Origin: Calditrichia bacterium
GTDB taxonomy: Bacteria; Calditrichota; Calditrichia; RBG-13-44-9; J075
NCBI GenBank assembly: GCA_050633245.1
Contig: JBOEGD010000011.1
Location: forward strand, 364,985-428,984
Reading direction: 5' to 3'
DNA length: 64,000 bases
Notes under the pieces: generated by a model
Database searches by the model: none
The model's input: only the letters and a program-made list of their open reading frames with translations
Told to the model about the DNA's origin: nothing
Position numbers and translations under genes: made by a program
Shown: piece after piece, positions 21,557-30,199 of the stretch
How the letters are laid out: each line of letters begins with the position of its first letter
Numbering within the stretch: the stretch's first letter is position 1

Positions 21557-22094
21557 ATGAAACAGCTACCAGACCATATTCGCTCCGACGTGCGCTTTTT
21601 TTGCCCTTTTTGTTGGCAATGGCACAGCGTTAATCGATGACGACTTACCTGACTATCGCAAAGAGCTGATTGCGAAATCTGATCTGCTGGTGACACTTTT
21701 TACATTGTTTCTACAAGACTTTGATTTGCCAGACAAAGAATTGCGCGTTAAACGTTGGCTGCGGTCACTGGTTGATATTACTTATTCATTGGAGCTGGAC
21801 CTGGGAGAGAAGGAGCTTAAGACCGAAGACCTTGCAGACTGGAAGCTTGCCGTTATCGAATTTTCCGGATTGATCGCCGAGTCCAGTTGTTCCCTGGAGC
21901 CGGTGCTGGAATACGGCAGTGACCTCGAAATAATCTATTTGGTTTTGATGAACAATTTGAAGGTGGATAACAATAATAACCTGGTAAATAAATCTCATGC
22001 TCTACAACGAGCGCTGGAGATGTTTAAGCAGATGACCCTTGCAGACTATAACGCTGATCCGCCAATGGAGGAGTGGGAGACTGTTCTTGTTTGA
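21557..22094 (+). pseudogene. Hypothetical protein split by a frameshift in a T7 run (or assembly homopolymer error)
   Basis: ATG 21557 reads MKQLPDHIRSDVRFF; removing one T from 21596-21602 joins it to the open frame ALFVGNGT...PPMEEWETVLV (track ORF 21690-22094), giving 178 aa. Confidence 0.65.
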
Positions 22095-22168
22095 TAAGCT
22101 GTCAAAAGCTAAAAGCAGGCAACATTTTAATCGTTTTGCTGCTCACTTTAAATATAACCGACGTTTAC

Positions 22169-23920
22169 TCAGACTACCACATGTGATCTCTCAACTAAAA
22201 ATTCTGATAGCGCATTAAAATTAAGCGGTTTTGCAAAGTAATAGCCTTGGGCTTTATTGCAACCAAGGGATTTCAAAAATTCAAGCTGACCACTTGTTTC
22301 AACACCCTCTGCAACCACTTCAAGCTTCAGCCGGTGCGCCATAGCTATTATTGCGGATGTAATGGATTTGTCATCACCGTTCGATGGCAGCCCCGTAATA
22401 AATGACCGATCGATCTTTAAGGCATTGGCCGGCAGCTGTTTAAGATAACTCAAGGACGAGTAGCCTGTTCCAAAGTCATCCACGGCTACTTTAACACCAA
22501 TATCCTTCAGCAGACCCAACATTTTAATAGCATAGTCCACATCGTTCATCGCATTACTTTCGGTGATTTCCACACTTAACAACTCCGCATCCAAATGATG
22601 GCTGTCCAGGCTGTTAATAATTTTGCGATGCAGACCCTTGTCGTTAAACTGCCGCGGTGAAAGGTTGACTGCCACCGAGAAGGGCGAATGGCCAAAATCC
22701 TGTAGTGCTTTAATATCTGCACAGGCACGATCCATTATCCATTCACCGAGAGGGACCATTAGATTAGACCTTTCGGCAATATCAATAAACTGGTCGGGGT
22801 AAATCATTGTAGAAGACTCGGAGTCTTCCCAGCGAACCAGTGCCTCAACAGAGGTCATCTCACCCGTGGCAATATCAATCAATGGCTGATAGTGAAGCGT
22901 CAATTCGTCTTCTTGAATTGCCCGCAATAAATTTTTCTCAATTTGTAGCGTATCGTAGGCCTGTTCATCCATAGAAATATTGTAGCGGCGGAACGTATTT
23001 TTACCAGAGTTCTTGGCGTGATACATTGCGGTATCGGCATTTTTTATCAATTCTTCGGACTCGGCCCCGTCAAATGGATAAATACTGATTCCAATACTCG
23101 CTGAGACTGAACAGGTATGTCCATCGAGCTCAACCGGCCTGGCCAGCTTGGCCTGCAGTTGCTCAATGATGCGATTCAGAAACTTTTCTTCACATAGCTG
23201 ATTGACGATTATTATGAATTCATCTCCACCAAAACGCGCGACCGTATCGCTTGCGCGCACAGTGGAGGTCAGCTGCTGGGTAACGTGCTTTAGCATTAAG
23301 TCGCCAACATCATGGCCAAGCGTATCGTTAATTTCTTTGAAGCCGTCAAGATCCACGAATATCACTCCGAGAACTCTTTTATAGCGTAGTCCTTGCTGTA
23401 TTGCGTTATCGAGGCGATCCATAAAAAGTTTTCGGTTCGGCAATCCGGTAAGATGGTCATGATAGGCGTCATGCTCAACTTCAAGGCGGGACTTTTCCAG
23501 CTCGCTTACCGCCCGATGTCGCTCAATAGCATAGCGGATGGAGCGCACAAGCCTCTTTTCATTAAAGCTTCCCTTCACAAGGTAATCCTGCACACCCTCC
23601 TTAACCATTTCGATGGCCATCATTTCATCATCTAATCCGGTAAGAATAATTATGGGGGTACTCGCGCAAACCGATCTTACTTTTACAATGTTTTCCATGC
23701 CACTTCCGTCGGGAAGGTGCACATCAAGAAGAATAAGATCTACCTGTTGATGCCTGGCAAGATAGTCTATCCCGGCACTTAAGCGATCGACATGTACGAT
23801 TTGAAACAGTCCTCGGTCTCTAAATATCTCCTGAAGCAACAGTGCGTCGCCGGGATTATCCTCAATAAGCAAAATATTATAGTGTTCAGTAACTTCCGGT
23901 GTGTTTGTTATGGCATCCAT
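22169..23920 (-). CDS. Response-regulator diguanylate cyclase/phosphodiesterase (REC-GGDEF-EAL)
   Basis: IEDNPGD..LLD.HLPD receiver; DLDGFK, RFGGDEF; EALVRW, DDFGTGYSSL, AEGVET; ATG 23920 has a GAGGGA RBS (alternative start 23986). Confidence 0.93.
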   Translation of the reverse strand: MDAITNTPEVTEHYNILLIEDNPGDALLLQEIFRDRGLFQIVHVDRLSAGIDYLARHQQVDLILLDVHLPDGSGMENIVKVRSVCASTPIIILTGLDDEMMAIEMVKEGVQDYLVKGSFNEKRLVRSIRYAIERHRAVSELEKSRLEVEHDAYHDHLTGLPNRKLFMDRLDNAIQQGLRYKRVLGVIFVDLDGFKEINDTLGHDVGDLMLKHVTQQLTSTVRASDTVARFGGDEFIIIVNQLCEEKFLNRIIEQLQAKLARPVELDGHTCSVSASIGISIYPFDGAESEELIKNADTAMYHAKNSGKNTFRRYNISMDEQAYDTLQIEKNLLRAIQEDELTLHYQPLIDIATGEMTSVEALVRWEDSESSTMIYPDQFIDIAERSNLMVPLGEWIMDRACADIKALQDFGHSPFSVAVNLSPRQFNDKGLHRKIINSLDSHHLDAELLSVEITESNAMNDVDYAIKMLGLLKDIGVKVAVDDFGTGYSSLSYLKQLPANALKIDRSFITGLPSNGDDKSITSAIIAMAHRLKLEVVAEGVETSGQLEFLKSLGCNKAQGYYFAKPLNFNALSEFLVERSHVVV

Positions 23921-24175
23921 GCTTGTTCCCTCATCCTTGAGTTCGTTATCTTTATTCATCGACGCACGAGCTGGGGAACTTAGCATCTAAACTTAGAAAT
24001 ATGTTTTAAGGCTGTGCTTTCTCAACAACAATCTATGTGTTGCATACCTATTTGTTTCCTGCTTAATTAAAAAACTCCCTATCTAAACTATGTTTGTCAA
24101 GATTTCTCAGAATCTGTTTTTGAGTTGATGCCTTTCTGAGGTAACCGAGTCTCTAAGCATCGGAGGGTAGAAGAA

Positions 24176-24424
24176 ATGAATATTGTTGAATATCTAATTG
24201 TCGGCTGGGATAGCGCAGCAGAACTTTCTACTGAGGTGACAAAAATGATTTCCCTGGGTTGGCAACCGTTTGGCGTACTATCTGTTCAGCAACTAATTGT
24301 TGAACCCGGATACCGTGGTGAGGGCTATAATTTTTACTTTAATCAGGTTATGGTGAAATACCATACAGGCAGTGGAGAAGAGCAATTAGGTCGTCTCGAT
24401 CCTAAGAGGAATATTGTTGAATAG
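24176..24424 (+). CDS. Small DUF1737-like protein
   Basis: EYLIV..ELSTEVTKMISLGWQPFG....QVMVK pattern; GGAGG RBS. Confidence 0.6.
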   Translation: MNIVEYLIVGWDSAAELSTEVTKMISLGWQPFGVLSVQQLIVEPGYRGEGYNFYFNQVMVKYHTGSGEEQLGRLDPKRNIVE

Positions 24425-25349
24425 TAATGCTGACTTACTTCAATCTGCAATTCTCGGCCTCTGTATAGGAGATGCTCTTGGTGTCCCGGTGGAGTTTCAG
24501 AACAGACGTCTTTTGGATAGGAATCCTGTAACCGATATGATCGGATATGGCACTTACAATCAGCCTTCGGGAACCTGGTCTGATGATACATCCCTCACGC
24601 TTTGCCTAATCGACAGTTTAATCCGAGGTTATGACCTGCGCGATATTGGCAATACCTTTGTACGCTGGCATCGCGAGAACTTGTGGACACCGCATGGTGT
24701 GGTATTTGACATCGGAACTACCACAAGACAGGCGATGTATGAGCTGTACAAGCAAGAGAAAGCGCCCCAAGATTGTGGTCGAAAAGATGATCAGGGGAAT
24801 GGCAACGGATCGCTGATGCGCATCCTGCCGCTGGCTTTTTATACGCAAAAAATGACGATGCAAGAACGCATTCAAGTGGTGTCGGATGTAGCGTCTTTAA
24901 CGCATGGGCACATCCGGGGAATTGGCGCCTGCGCTGGCTACAATGAATTTGCAATTGCATTGCTGGAGAAAAAGAATCTGCGAGAGGCGCATAGACGCAT
25001 GATCGCTGGTATAAAGGAGACGGTAACGGATTTTGATGAACTGCTACTCTTTTACAATTTGACTGAACTGGACATCTCAACGTTCCCGAGGCACAAAGTT
25101 CGTTCCACAGGCTATGTAATGCATACTTTGGAAGCAGCGATCTGGTGTTTGCTTACCAGCTCATCTTACAAAGAATGTGTGCTTAAGGCGGTCAATCTTG
25201 GTGAAGACACTGATACTACCGCTGCGGTTGCCGGTGGCTTGGCGGGCATCTATTTTGGCCTCGATGATGTTCCAAAACACTGGATTGACCAGCTGGCAAG
25301 GAAAGATGATATTGTTTTGCTGCTTCATGAGTTCGCAGAAACACTGTAG
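24414..25349 (+). CDS. ADP-ribosylglycohydrolase (DraG/ARH family)
   Basis: GDALGVPVEF, WSDDT, DIGTTT, GNGSLMR, LTH, AVNLGEDTDTTAAVAGGLAG. Confidence 0.93.
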   Translation: MLNSNADLLQSAILGLCIGDALGVPVEFQNRRLLDRNPVTDMIGYGTYNQPSGTWSDDTSLTLCLIDSLIRGYDLRDIGNTFVRWHRENLWTPHGVVFDIGTTTRQAMYELYKQEKAPQDCGRKDDQGNGNGSLMRILPLAFYTQKMTMQERIQVVSDVASLTHGHIRGIGACAGYNEFAIALLEKKNLREAHRRMIAGIKETVTDFDELLLFYNLTELDISTFPRHKVRSTGYVMHTLEAAIWCLLTSSSYKECVLKAVNLGEDTDTTAAVAGGLAGIYFGLDDVPKHWIDQLARKDDIVLLLHEFAETL

Positions 25350-25467
25350 TAGCTGGTTGTGTTTTCTACTTTCTTATAGGAAAAAGCTCGTTCAAGAACT
25401 ATTTTATTCGCTGAAATTTAAAACATATCAGATCCACTATACCAACCGGCCCATCTGGAAAATCACT

Positions 25468-26118
25468 ATGAAAACGAATCATTCACATCACACGTCCTTT
25501 GTGTTTCCATTGATGCGCCGCGAAGCATCGCGACGCTACAGTTCACGGTCGCCGATTCACGACTGCCGATTCACGACTGCCGATTCACGTCTTGCATCTT
25601 GCTTCTCGCGTCTTACTTCTTGCGTCTTACTTCTCGCCTTATTCCTAATCATCGCTTCCTGCAGCAGTGCCCGGCAGTTTACGATTTCCGAGCGGACCGA
25701 CGACTTTGGTGTAAAGGTTCTTGAAGGTAGTCCACTGGCATTAAGACAGGGTGGCTATGATGTCGGGGTAACACTGGTTCCGGAAATGCGTGATAATGAG
25801 ATAGACCAGTTAATCGTTCTCTATTTTGATCATAAAGGTAAGAAACCTCATAAGTTCAACAGCGTTTCTATAGTGGTTGAAGAACTACCGCTTTATTACT
25901 CCGATTTACAGAACTATGCTTCCGAGACAACCAGCGATGCTGTCTATGAAAGCTTTAATATTACCGTTAAGCTCGACGACTTACGCATGTTTATCGATTC
26001 ACGATTTATTCGCATGAAGGGCGATTTAGAAACCAAAGGTTTTCGGCTTGACGGCGGTACAAAACGCCATCTCGAGTCATTTTATCAGGCCTGCTTAACG
26101 CACGTGCAGAATCGTTAA
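25468..26118 (+). CDS. Hypothetical lipoprotein with repeat-derived extended leader
   Basis: LLLALFLIIAS-C lipobox followed by a globular domain; start uncertain (ATG 25468 or 25513). Confidence 0.6.
   Translation: MKTNHSHHTSFVFPLMRREASRRYSSRSPIHDCRFTTADSRLASCFSRLTSCVLLLALFLIIASCSSARQFTISERTDDFGVKVLEGSPLALRQGGYDVGVTLVPEMRDNEIDQLIVLYFDHKGKKPHKFNSVSIVVEELPLYYSDLQNYASETTSDAVYESFNITVKLDDLRMFIDSRFIRMKGDLETKGFRLDGGTKRHLESFYQACLTHVQNR
25511..25540 (-). repeat. GTAG-type REP-like palindrome
   Basis: Minus strand reads TGTAGCGTCGCGA-TGCT-TCGCGGCGCATCA, an imperfect hairpin starting with GTAG. Confidence 0.5.
25543..25640 (+). repeat. Tandem array of 14 degenerate heptamers
   Basis: TCACGGT CGCCGAT TCACGAC TGCCGAT TCACGAC TGCCGAT TCACGTC TTGCATC TTGCTTC TCGCGTC TTACTTC TTGCGTC TTACTTC TCGCCTT. 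Confidence 0.85.
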
Positions 26119-26128
26119 GCCTTGAAGC

Positions 26129-26157
26129 TTGTAAAAGCCGGATAATTTCTATATATT
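26129..26157 (+). promoter_or_regulatory. Putative sigma70 promoter of the FKBP gene
   Basis: TTGTAA-17 bp-TATATT. Confidence 0.45.
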
Positions 26158-26231
26158 TGGCGCGATTTGAAAATGAACTGACTACCGATCAGAATACACA
26201 CTAAGGGACAAATGTCCCGGGAAAGGAAACA

Positions 26232-26924
26232 ATGAAATTTTTAGCCGTACTCTTTGCAGGGCTACTTGCTTTTGCCGGATGCCAGAATGGGGCATCGCCC
26301 AAGAACACGCCGATTTCCACTGCAAAAGACAGCCTGAGCTATGCTCTTGGCGTCCGCATGGGCGAAACCATCAAGTCAACGAAAGACGATATTAACCTGT
26401 CTGCGCTTATGCGTGGTCTTCATGATGGTGTAGATGAAGATCCGATTGCATTGACAGACAAGCAGCTTGCTGACCATACGAATCGCTTTCAGCGTACCAT
26501 GCAGGAGCGTCAGAACAACGAAATGAAGGTGCAGATGGACAAGAACCTCACCGAAGGTACTGCATATCTCGCGGCCAATAAGGAAAAAGAGGGTGTTGTT
26601 GCTCTGCCGTCCGGGTTACAGTATAAGGTTATCACCAAGGGCACAGGAAAATCACCGAAGGCAACTGACAAAGTGCTAGCACATTACAAGGGAACGCTTT
26701 TGGACGGCACTCAGTTCGATAGCTCCTATGATCGTGGACAGCCGAGCGAATTTCCGGTTAACCGCGTAATCAAAGGTTGGACTGAAGCACTGCAGCTGAT
26801 GAAAGAAGGCAGCAAGTGGGAATTGTATATCCCGCAAGATCTGGCTTATGGCTCACAGAGTCGCGGAAAGATCCCTTCTGGTGCAACGCTGCTATTTACC
26901 GTTGAGCTGATTGAAGTTCGCTAG
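26232..26924 (+). CDS. FKBP-type peptidyl-prolyl isomerase lipoprotein (Mip/FklB-like)
   Basis: LAFAG-C lipobox; SYALG N-domain; SGLQYKV, HYKGTLLDGTQFDSS, VIKGWTEAL, LAYG. Confidence 0.95.
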   Translation: MKFLAVLFAGLLAFAGCQNGASPKNTPISTAKDSLSYALGVRMGETIKSTKDDINLSALMRGLHDGVDEDPIALTDKQLADHTNRFQRTMQERQNNEMKVQMDKNLTEGTAYLAANKEKEGVVALPSGLQYKVITKGTGKSPKATDKVLAHYKGTLLDGTQFDSSYDRGQPSEFPVNRVIKGWTEALQLMKEGSKWELYIPQDLAYGSQSRGKIPSGATLLFTVELIEVR

Positions 26925-26958
26925 GATAGAGCATTTAGACATAATTTTTAGCTTTTAT

Positions 26959-26998
26959 ACAGGTCGCTTCGAATTTTCGAAAGCGGCCTGTTGTTTTT
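26959..26998 (+). terminator. Intrinsic terminator between convergent genes
   Basis: ACAGGTCGCTTCGAA/TTCGAAAGCGGCCTGT hairpin followed by TGTTTTT. Confidence 0.75.
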
Positions 26999-27626
26999 AG
27001 GCATGTTCGACGGATCTAAGAAAATCCCGATTCAGATCTGCGAGCACAACGTGCTCGACACCATTAGCCAGCCACTCGCGGGAGAGGGATAGCAAACGAT
27101 TCTCGCGTTCCAATGTGCGAACGGCATCCACAAACAATAGCGCCTTTTTTGCAGGCACTACTGAAAGCGTTTTCACTAAGCTTGGGATATTTTCGCTTGC
27201 AAAATCAGACCGGAAGCGATCTGCATCCAGACATATACAGTACTGTTCAAAAAGGGGAGTCTCAAAAATGGCATCTCCTGCGTCAACCAGAAAATAACTG
27301 TCCGGCAGCAGCTCAACAAGATTGTGAATGTCGGCCGGCGCAAATCCTTTTGCATGAGAACCAAATAGGGAAGAGGCTGCATACACCAGATTGTTTTTTA
27401 CAAATGCTCGCTGGATTTGATCGGATATAACATGCGATGTGCTGCCAACAACCAGTTGGCCACTCGGCGGTAGTAAGCTATCAGCACAGGATAACAAAAC
27501 AACCTTGCTGGAGTTCTTCTCAAGGTCGAGCGCCAATCGGCGAATTAAACGCAGGCGCGTTTTATCTCCGAAAAAAAGTATCGTTTTGGTGTTTGGTTGT
27601 AACAGTATCTGCCGGGCAATTCCCAT
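26997..27626 (-). CDS. Hypothetical protein, degenerate YqeC-like
   Basis: N-terminal ILFFGDKT..IRRLA.DL...KVVLLS and GFAPADIHNLVE....FLVDAG resemble the YqeC pattern (GxGGKT..LA..L; G..PE.I..L....LVEADG), but key residues are altered. Confidence 0.45.
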   Translation of the reverse strand: MGIARQILLQPNTKTILFFGDKTRLRLIRRLALDLEKNSSKVVLLSCADSLLPPSGQLVVGSTSHVISDQIQRAFVKNNLVYAASSLFGSHAKGFAPADIHNLVELLPDSYFLVDAGDAIFETPLFEQYCICLDADRFRSDFASENIPSLVKTLSVVPAKKALLFVDAVRTLERENRLLSLSREWLANGVEHVVLADLNRDFLRSVEHA

Positions 27627-27637
27627 AACTACGTTCC

Positions 27638-28069
27638 TTATTCAATGTCATCCTGTTCCGGCAGCACCTTCAAACCGAGTTTCTCGAAATCCCGGCGGGT
27701 AGTTAGAATTGTGTGTATTCTTCGTCTTGAAATAATGGCATAGCTTGCAAAATCAAAAACGGACAACGACACATCAGCATGCTTTTTAAACAGACGCAAT
27801 GCCTCGCGCTGAGTCCGACGTCCAATCCAGCTCACGCTCAGATGAGCTCCGGCATGTGCTTCTTCAATAATTTCGGTAAAGCGATTCGCTTCAATGGTTC
27901 CGACCTCTCGGCGGACTGCACTAATCGCATTGGCTATAGCAATGTTGTGCGTTAGCATGCGTGTATTCTGATTCAGAGTCTCCTCAAACACCTGCTTCAT
28001 TGCACTATGCTCTGGTGATTTGCTAACGGCAAGAGCATACCAGGCTGTTTCGTCTACAAATAGCCTCAT
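27638..28069 (-). CDS. PIN-domain (VapC-like) protein, active site degenerate
   Basis: LFVDETAWYAL, SLSVFDFASYA, ILTTRRDFEKLG; ATGA overlap with the upstream AbrB-like gene. Confidence 0.8.
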   Translation of the reverse strand: MRLFVDETAWYALAVSKSPEHSAMKQVFEETLNQNTRMLTHNIAIANAISAVRREVGTIEANRFTEIIEEAHAGAHLSVSWIGRRTQREALRLFKKHADVSLSVFDFASYAIISRRRIHTILTTRRDFEKLGLKVLPEQDDIE

Positions 28070-28266
28070 TTCTCTTCCAATCCGTCGCTAATGAGCCTGT
28101 ATAGTGGATTCTCTGCCAGAAAGATATCTATTTTCCGCGACTTAATGCGCTTAACCGAAATCTCAATTCGATCACCCGGCTGTAGCTTTAAGCGCTCGCA
28201 GACCTCTCTCGGGATTTGTGCAGAATAGTCTTCTTTTAACTCAGCTATAAACGTTGCGAACTTCAT
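28066..28266 (-). CDS. AbrB/MazE/SpoVT-family DNA-binding protein (antitoxin-like)
   Basis: QIPREVCERLKLQPGDRIEI swapped-hairpin motif; GAGGGG RBS before ATG 28266. Confidence 0.85.
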   Translation of the reverse strand: MKFATFIAELKEDYSAQIPREVCERLKLQPGDRIEISVKRIKSRKIDIFLAENPLYRLISDGLEEK

Positions 28267-28488
28267 TTTCCCCTCACACTTTTTCAAAAATTAGTAATCT
28301 TTTCCATGAGTTCCAAACTGTTTAACAGCGTTGCTGTCCGTTCGTGATCTGAGTTGATCATCAATTGAAAAATACCGACAATAAGATTACCTTTATCGTG
28401 CAGCAATGATAATTTTTGTTTTTTTTCGCGATTTAACATGTATCTTAACTCTGTACGAGATGTTCACCGGATGCTGACAGGAGAAATT

Positions 28489-29331
28489 ATGATAACGCCC
28501 GCTAAAAAGGATATAAAGCTAGCCATAATAGATTTATATGATAATGAGCCCAATGAAGGAATGCGCTGTATTCAAGAGATTGTTGAGAATTGCAGCGATT
28601 CGCTACCGGATCAGAAGATTGACTACAGCGTGTATGAAACTCGCTATAAAGATGACATCCCCACATTAAACAATGATATCTATATCTCTTCAGGCGGTCC
28701 GGGAAGCCCTTTCGACGGTGAAGGGAAACGCTGGGAGTCTCATTATTTTAATTTGATTGATCATATCTGGAACCACAATCAGACGCATGAGAATAAAAAA
28801 CACGTGTTTTTTATCTGCCATTCCTTCCAGATGATGTGTCGTTTTTTCGAGCTTGCCGATATTCAGGAGCGTCAATTCCGTTCGTTCGGAATTATCCCCG
28901 TAGCGAAAACAGATAAGGGAATGAATGATCCGCTTCTAACGACCTTGCCCGAGCCGTATTTTGCCGCAGACTTTCGTCAATACGAAGTAGTTGACCCGCG
29001 CGAAGCCCAATTTAAGCAGCTCGATGCCTCATTGTTGTCAAAAGAGTTTGAGCGGATTGATCCAACTCAGCCGAAGGCAATGATGACGATTCGCCTCTCT
29101 GATACCATGTTTGCCACACAATACCATCCTGAGGCAGATCCCGATAGTATGAACCACCATTTTCGCAAGGCCGAGCGACGGCAGCAGGTTGTTGAAGAAT
29201 ATGGCGAAGAACGCTATAACAAGATGATTGCGCTGTTAGACAGGCCAGACACCATTCGCAAAACACGCAGCTCTATTTTACCTCAATTTATCAATAGTGC
29301 CGTAGCAGCAGTCAATGAGTGGCAAAACTAG
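28489..29331 (+). CDS. Class I glutamine amidotransferase-like protein
   Basis: SSGGPGSP oxyanion strand, FICHSFQ nucleophile Cys, QYHPE; GGAGA RBS before ATG 28489. Confidence 0.85.
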   Translation: MITPAKKDIKLAIIDLYDNEPNEGMRCIQEIVENCSDSLPDQKIDYSVYETRYKDDIPTLNNDIYISSGGPGSPFDGEGKRWESHYFNLIDHIWNHNQTHENKKHVFFICHSFQMMCRFFELADIQERQFRSFGIIPVAKTDKGMNDPLLTTLPEPYFAADFRQYEVVDPREAQFKQLDASLLSKEFERIDPTQPKAMMTIRLSDTMFATQYHPEADPDSMNHHFRKAERRQQVVEEYGEERYNKMIALLDRPDTIRKTRSSILPQFINSAVAAVNEWQN

Positions 29332-29419
29332 TTTTTTAGACGCTAATTTTGTTTCGCTCGAAGGATAAATTTCCTATATTTTCTCAACTTTACTACACCT
29401 GTAACGTCACAGAGGAAAT

Positions 29420-30079
29420 ATGGAACAAAATTGGCATTTTACAGATAATGAAATCCGCGTTTTGGGCGCGCTGATGGAAAAGCAGATGACCACGCCTGAA
29501 TATTATCCGATGACGCCAAACGCTCTGCGTAACGCCTGTAATCAAAAATCCAATCGTGATCCCGTTGTAGCCTTCGATGATGCAACGGTAATTGCCACCC
29601 TGGACAAATTGCGTGGCAGACAGCTTATTTATATAGTAAGCACGCACGGCAGCCGCACGCGCAAATATGAACACCGCCTTAAAGATGCACTGCACCTCAG
29701 CCGCAAAGAACTGGCGTTAATGAGTGTTTTAATGCTGCGCGGATTCCAAACTGTTGGAGAACTGCGCGGTAGAACAGAACGCATGGTACAATTTGAAAGC
29801 CTGGAAGAGGTTGAAGAAACACTGCACGATCTAATGCGACTGGACAGACAACCTCTACAGCTTGTACGTCGTCTTGAGCGTATGCCCGGGCAAAAAGATC
29901 ATCGTTACGCGCAGCTGCTGGCCGGAGAGATTACCCAGGAACAAATTGATCAGTCGGCACAGTCCGTTACTGTGAGAGTGTCTAACAGCGCGAAGCTGGA
30001 GGCGCGGATTGAAATATTGGAAGAGCAGGTTAAGAAATTAACTGAAACGCTGGAGCAATTTAAAAAGCAGTTTGAGTAG
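29420..30079 (+). CDS. YceH/DUF480-family protein
   Basis: RVLGALMEKQMTTPEYYPMT.NAL..ACNQKSNRDPV, LMLRGFQTVGELR; C-terminal coiled coil. Confidence 0.92.
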   Translation: MEQNWHFTDNEIRVLGALMEKQMTTPEYYPMTPNALRNACNQKSNRDPVVAFDDATVIATLDKLRGRQLIYIVSTHGSRTRKYEHRLKDALHLSRKELALMSVLMLRGFQTVGELRGRTERMVQFESLEEVEETLHDLMRLDRQPLQLVRRLERMPGQKDHRYAQLLAGEITQEQIDQSAQSVTVRVSNSAKLEARIEILEEQVKKLTETLEQFKKQFE

Positions 30080-30199
30080 ATATGTTACAAAGTGAGTAAA
30101 TTCAGGTCTATAAAATAGCAAAAGAAAAAGTTCGTCTTCAGTAGAAGCCCCCTCGACTGCAGATACAACAAACGGGAAACCGAAATTTTGGAGGCAAAA

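Noticed and set aside
25177-25467. N-terminal extension of the 313-aa ORF overlapping the ARH gene
   Set aside because: Overlaps an established CDS in another frame, has no RBS, and would bury the lipobox about 160 residues in
28290-28392. Short inverted repeats (CTGTT-T-AACAG, ACAGC-GTT-GCTGT) as AbrB operators
   Set aside because: 5-bp arms are expected by chance and cannot be supported without conservation data
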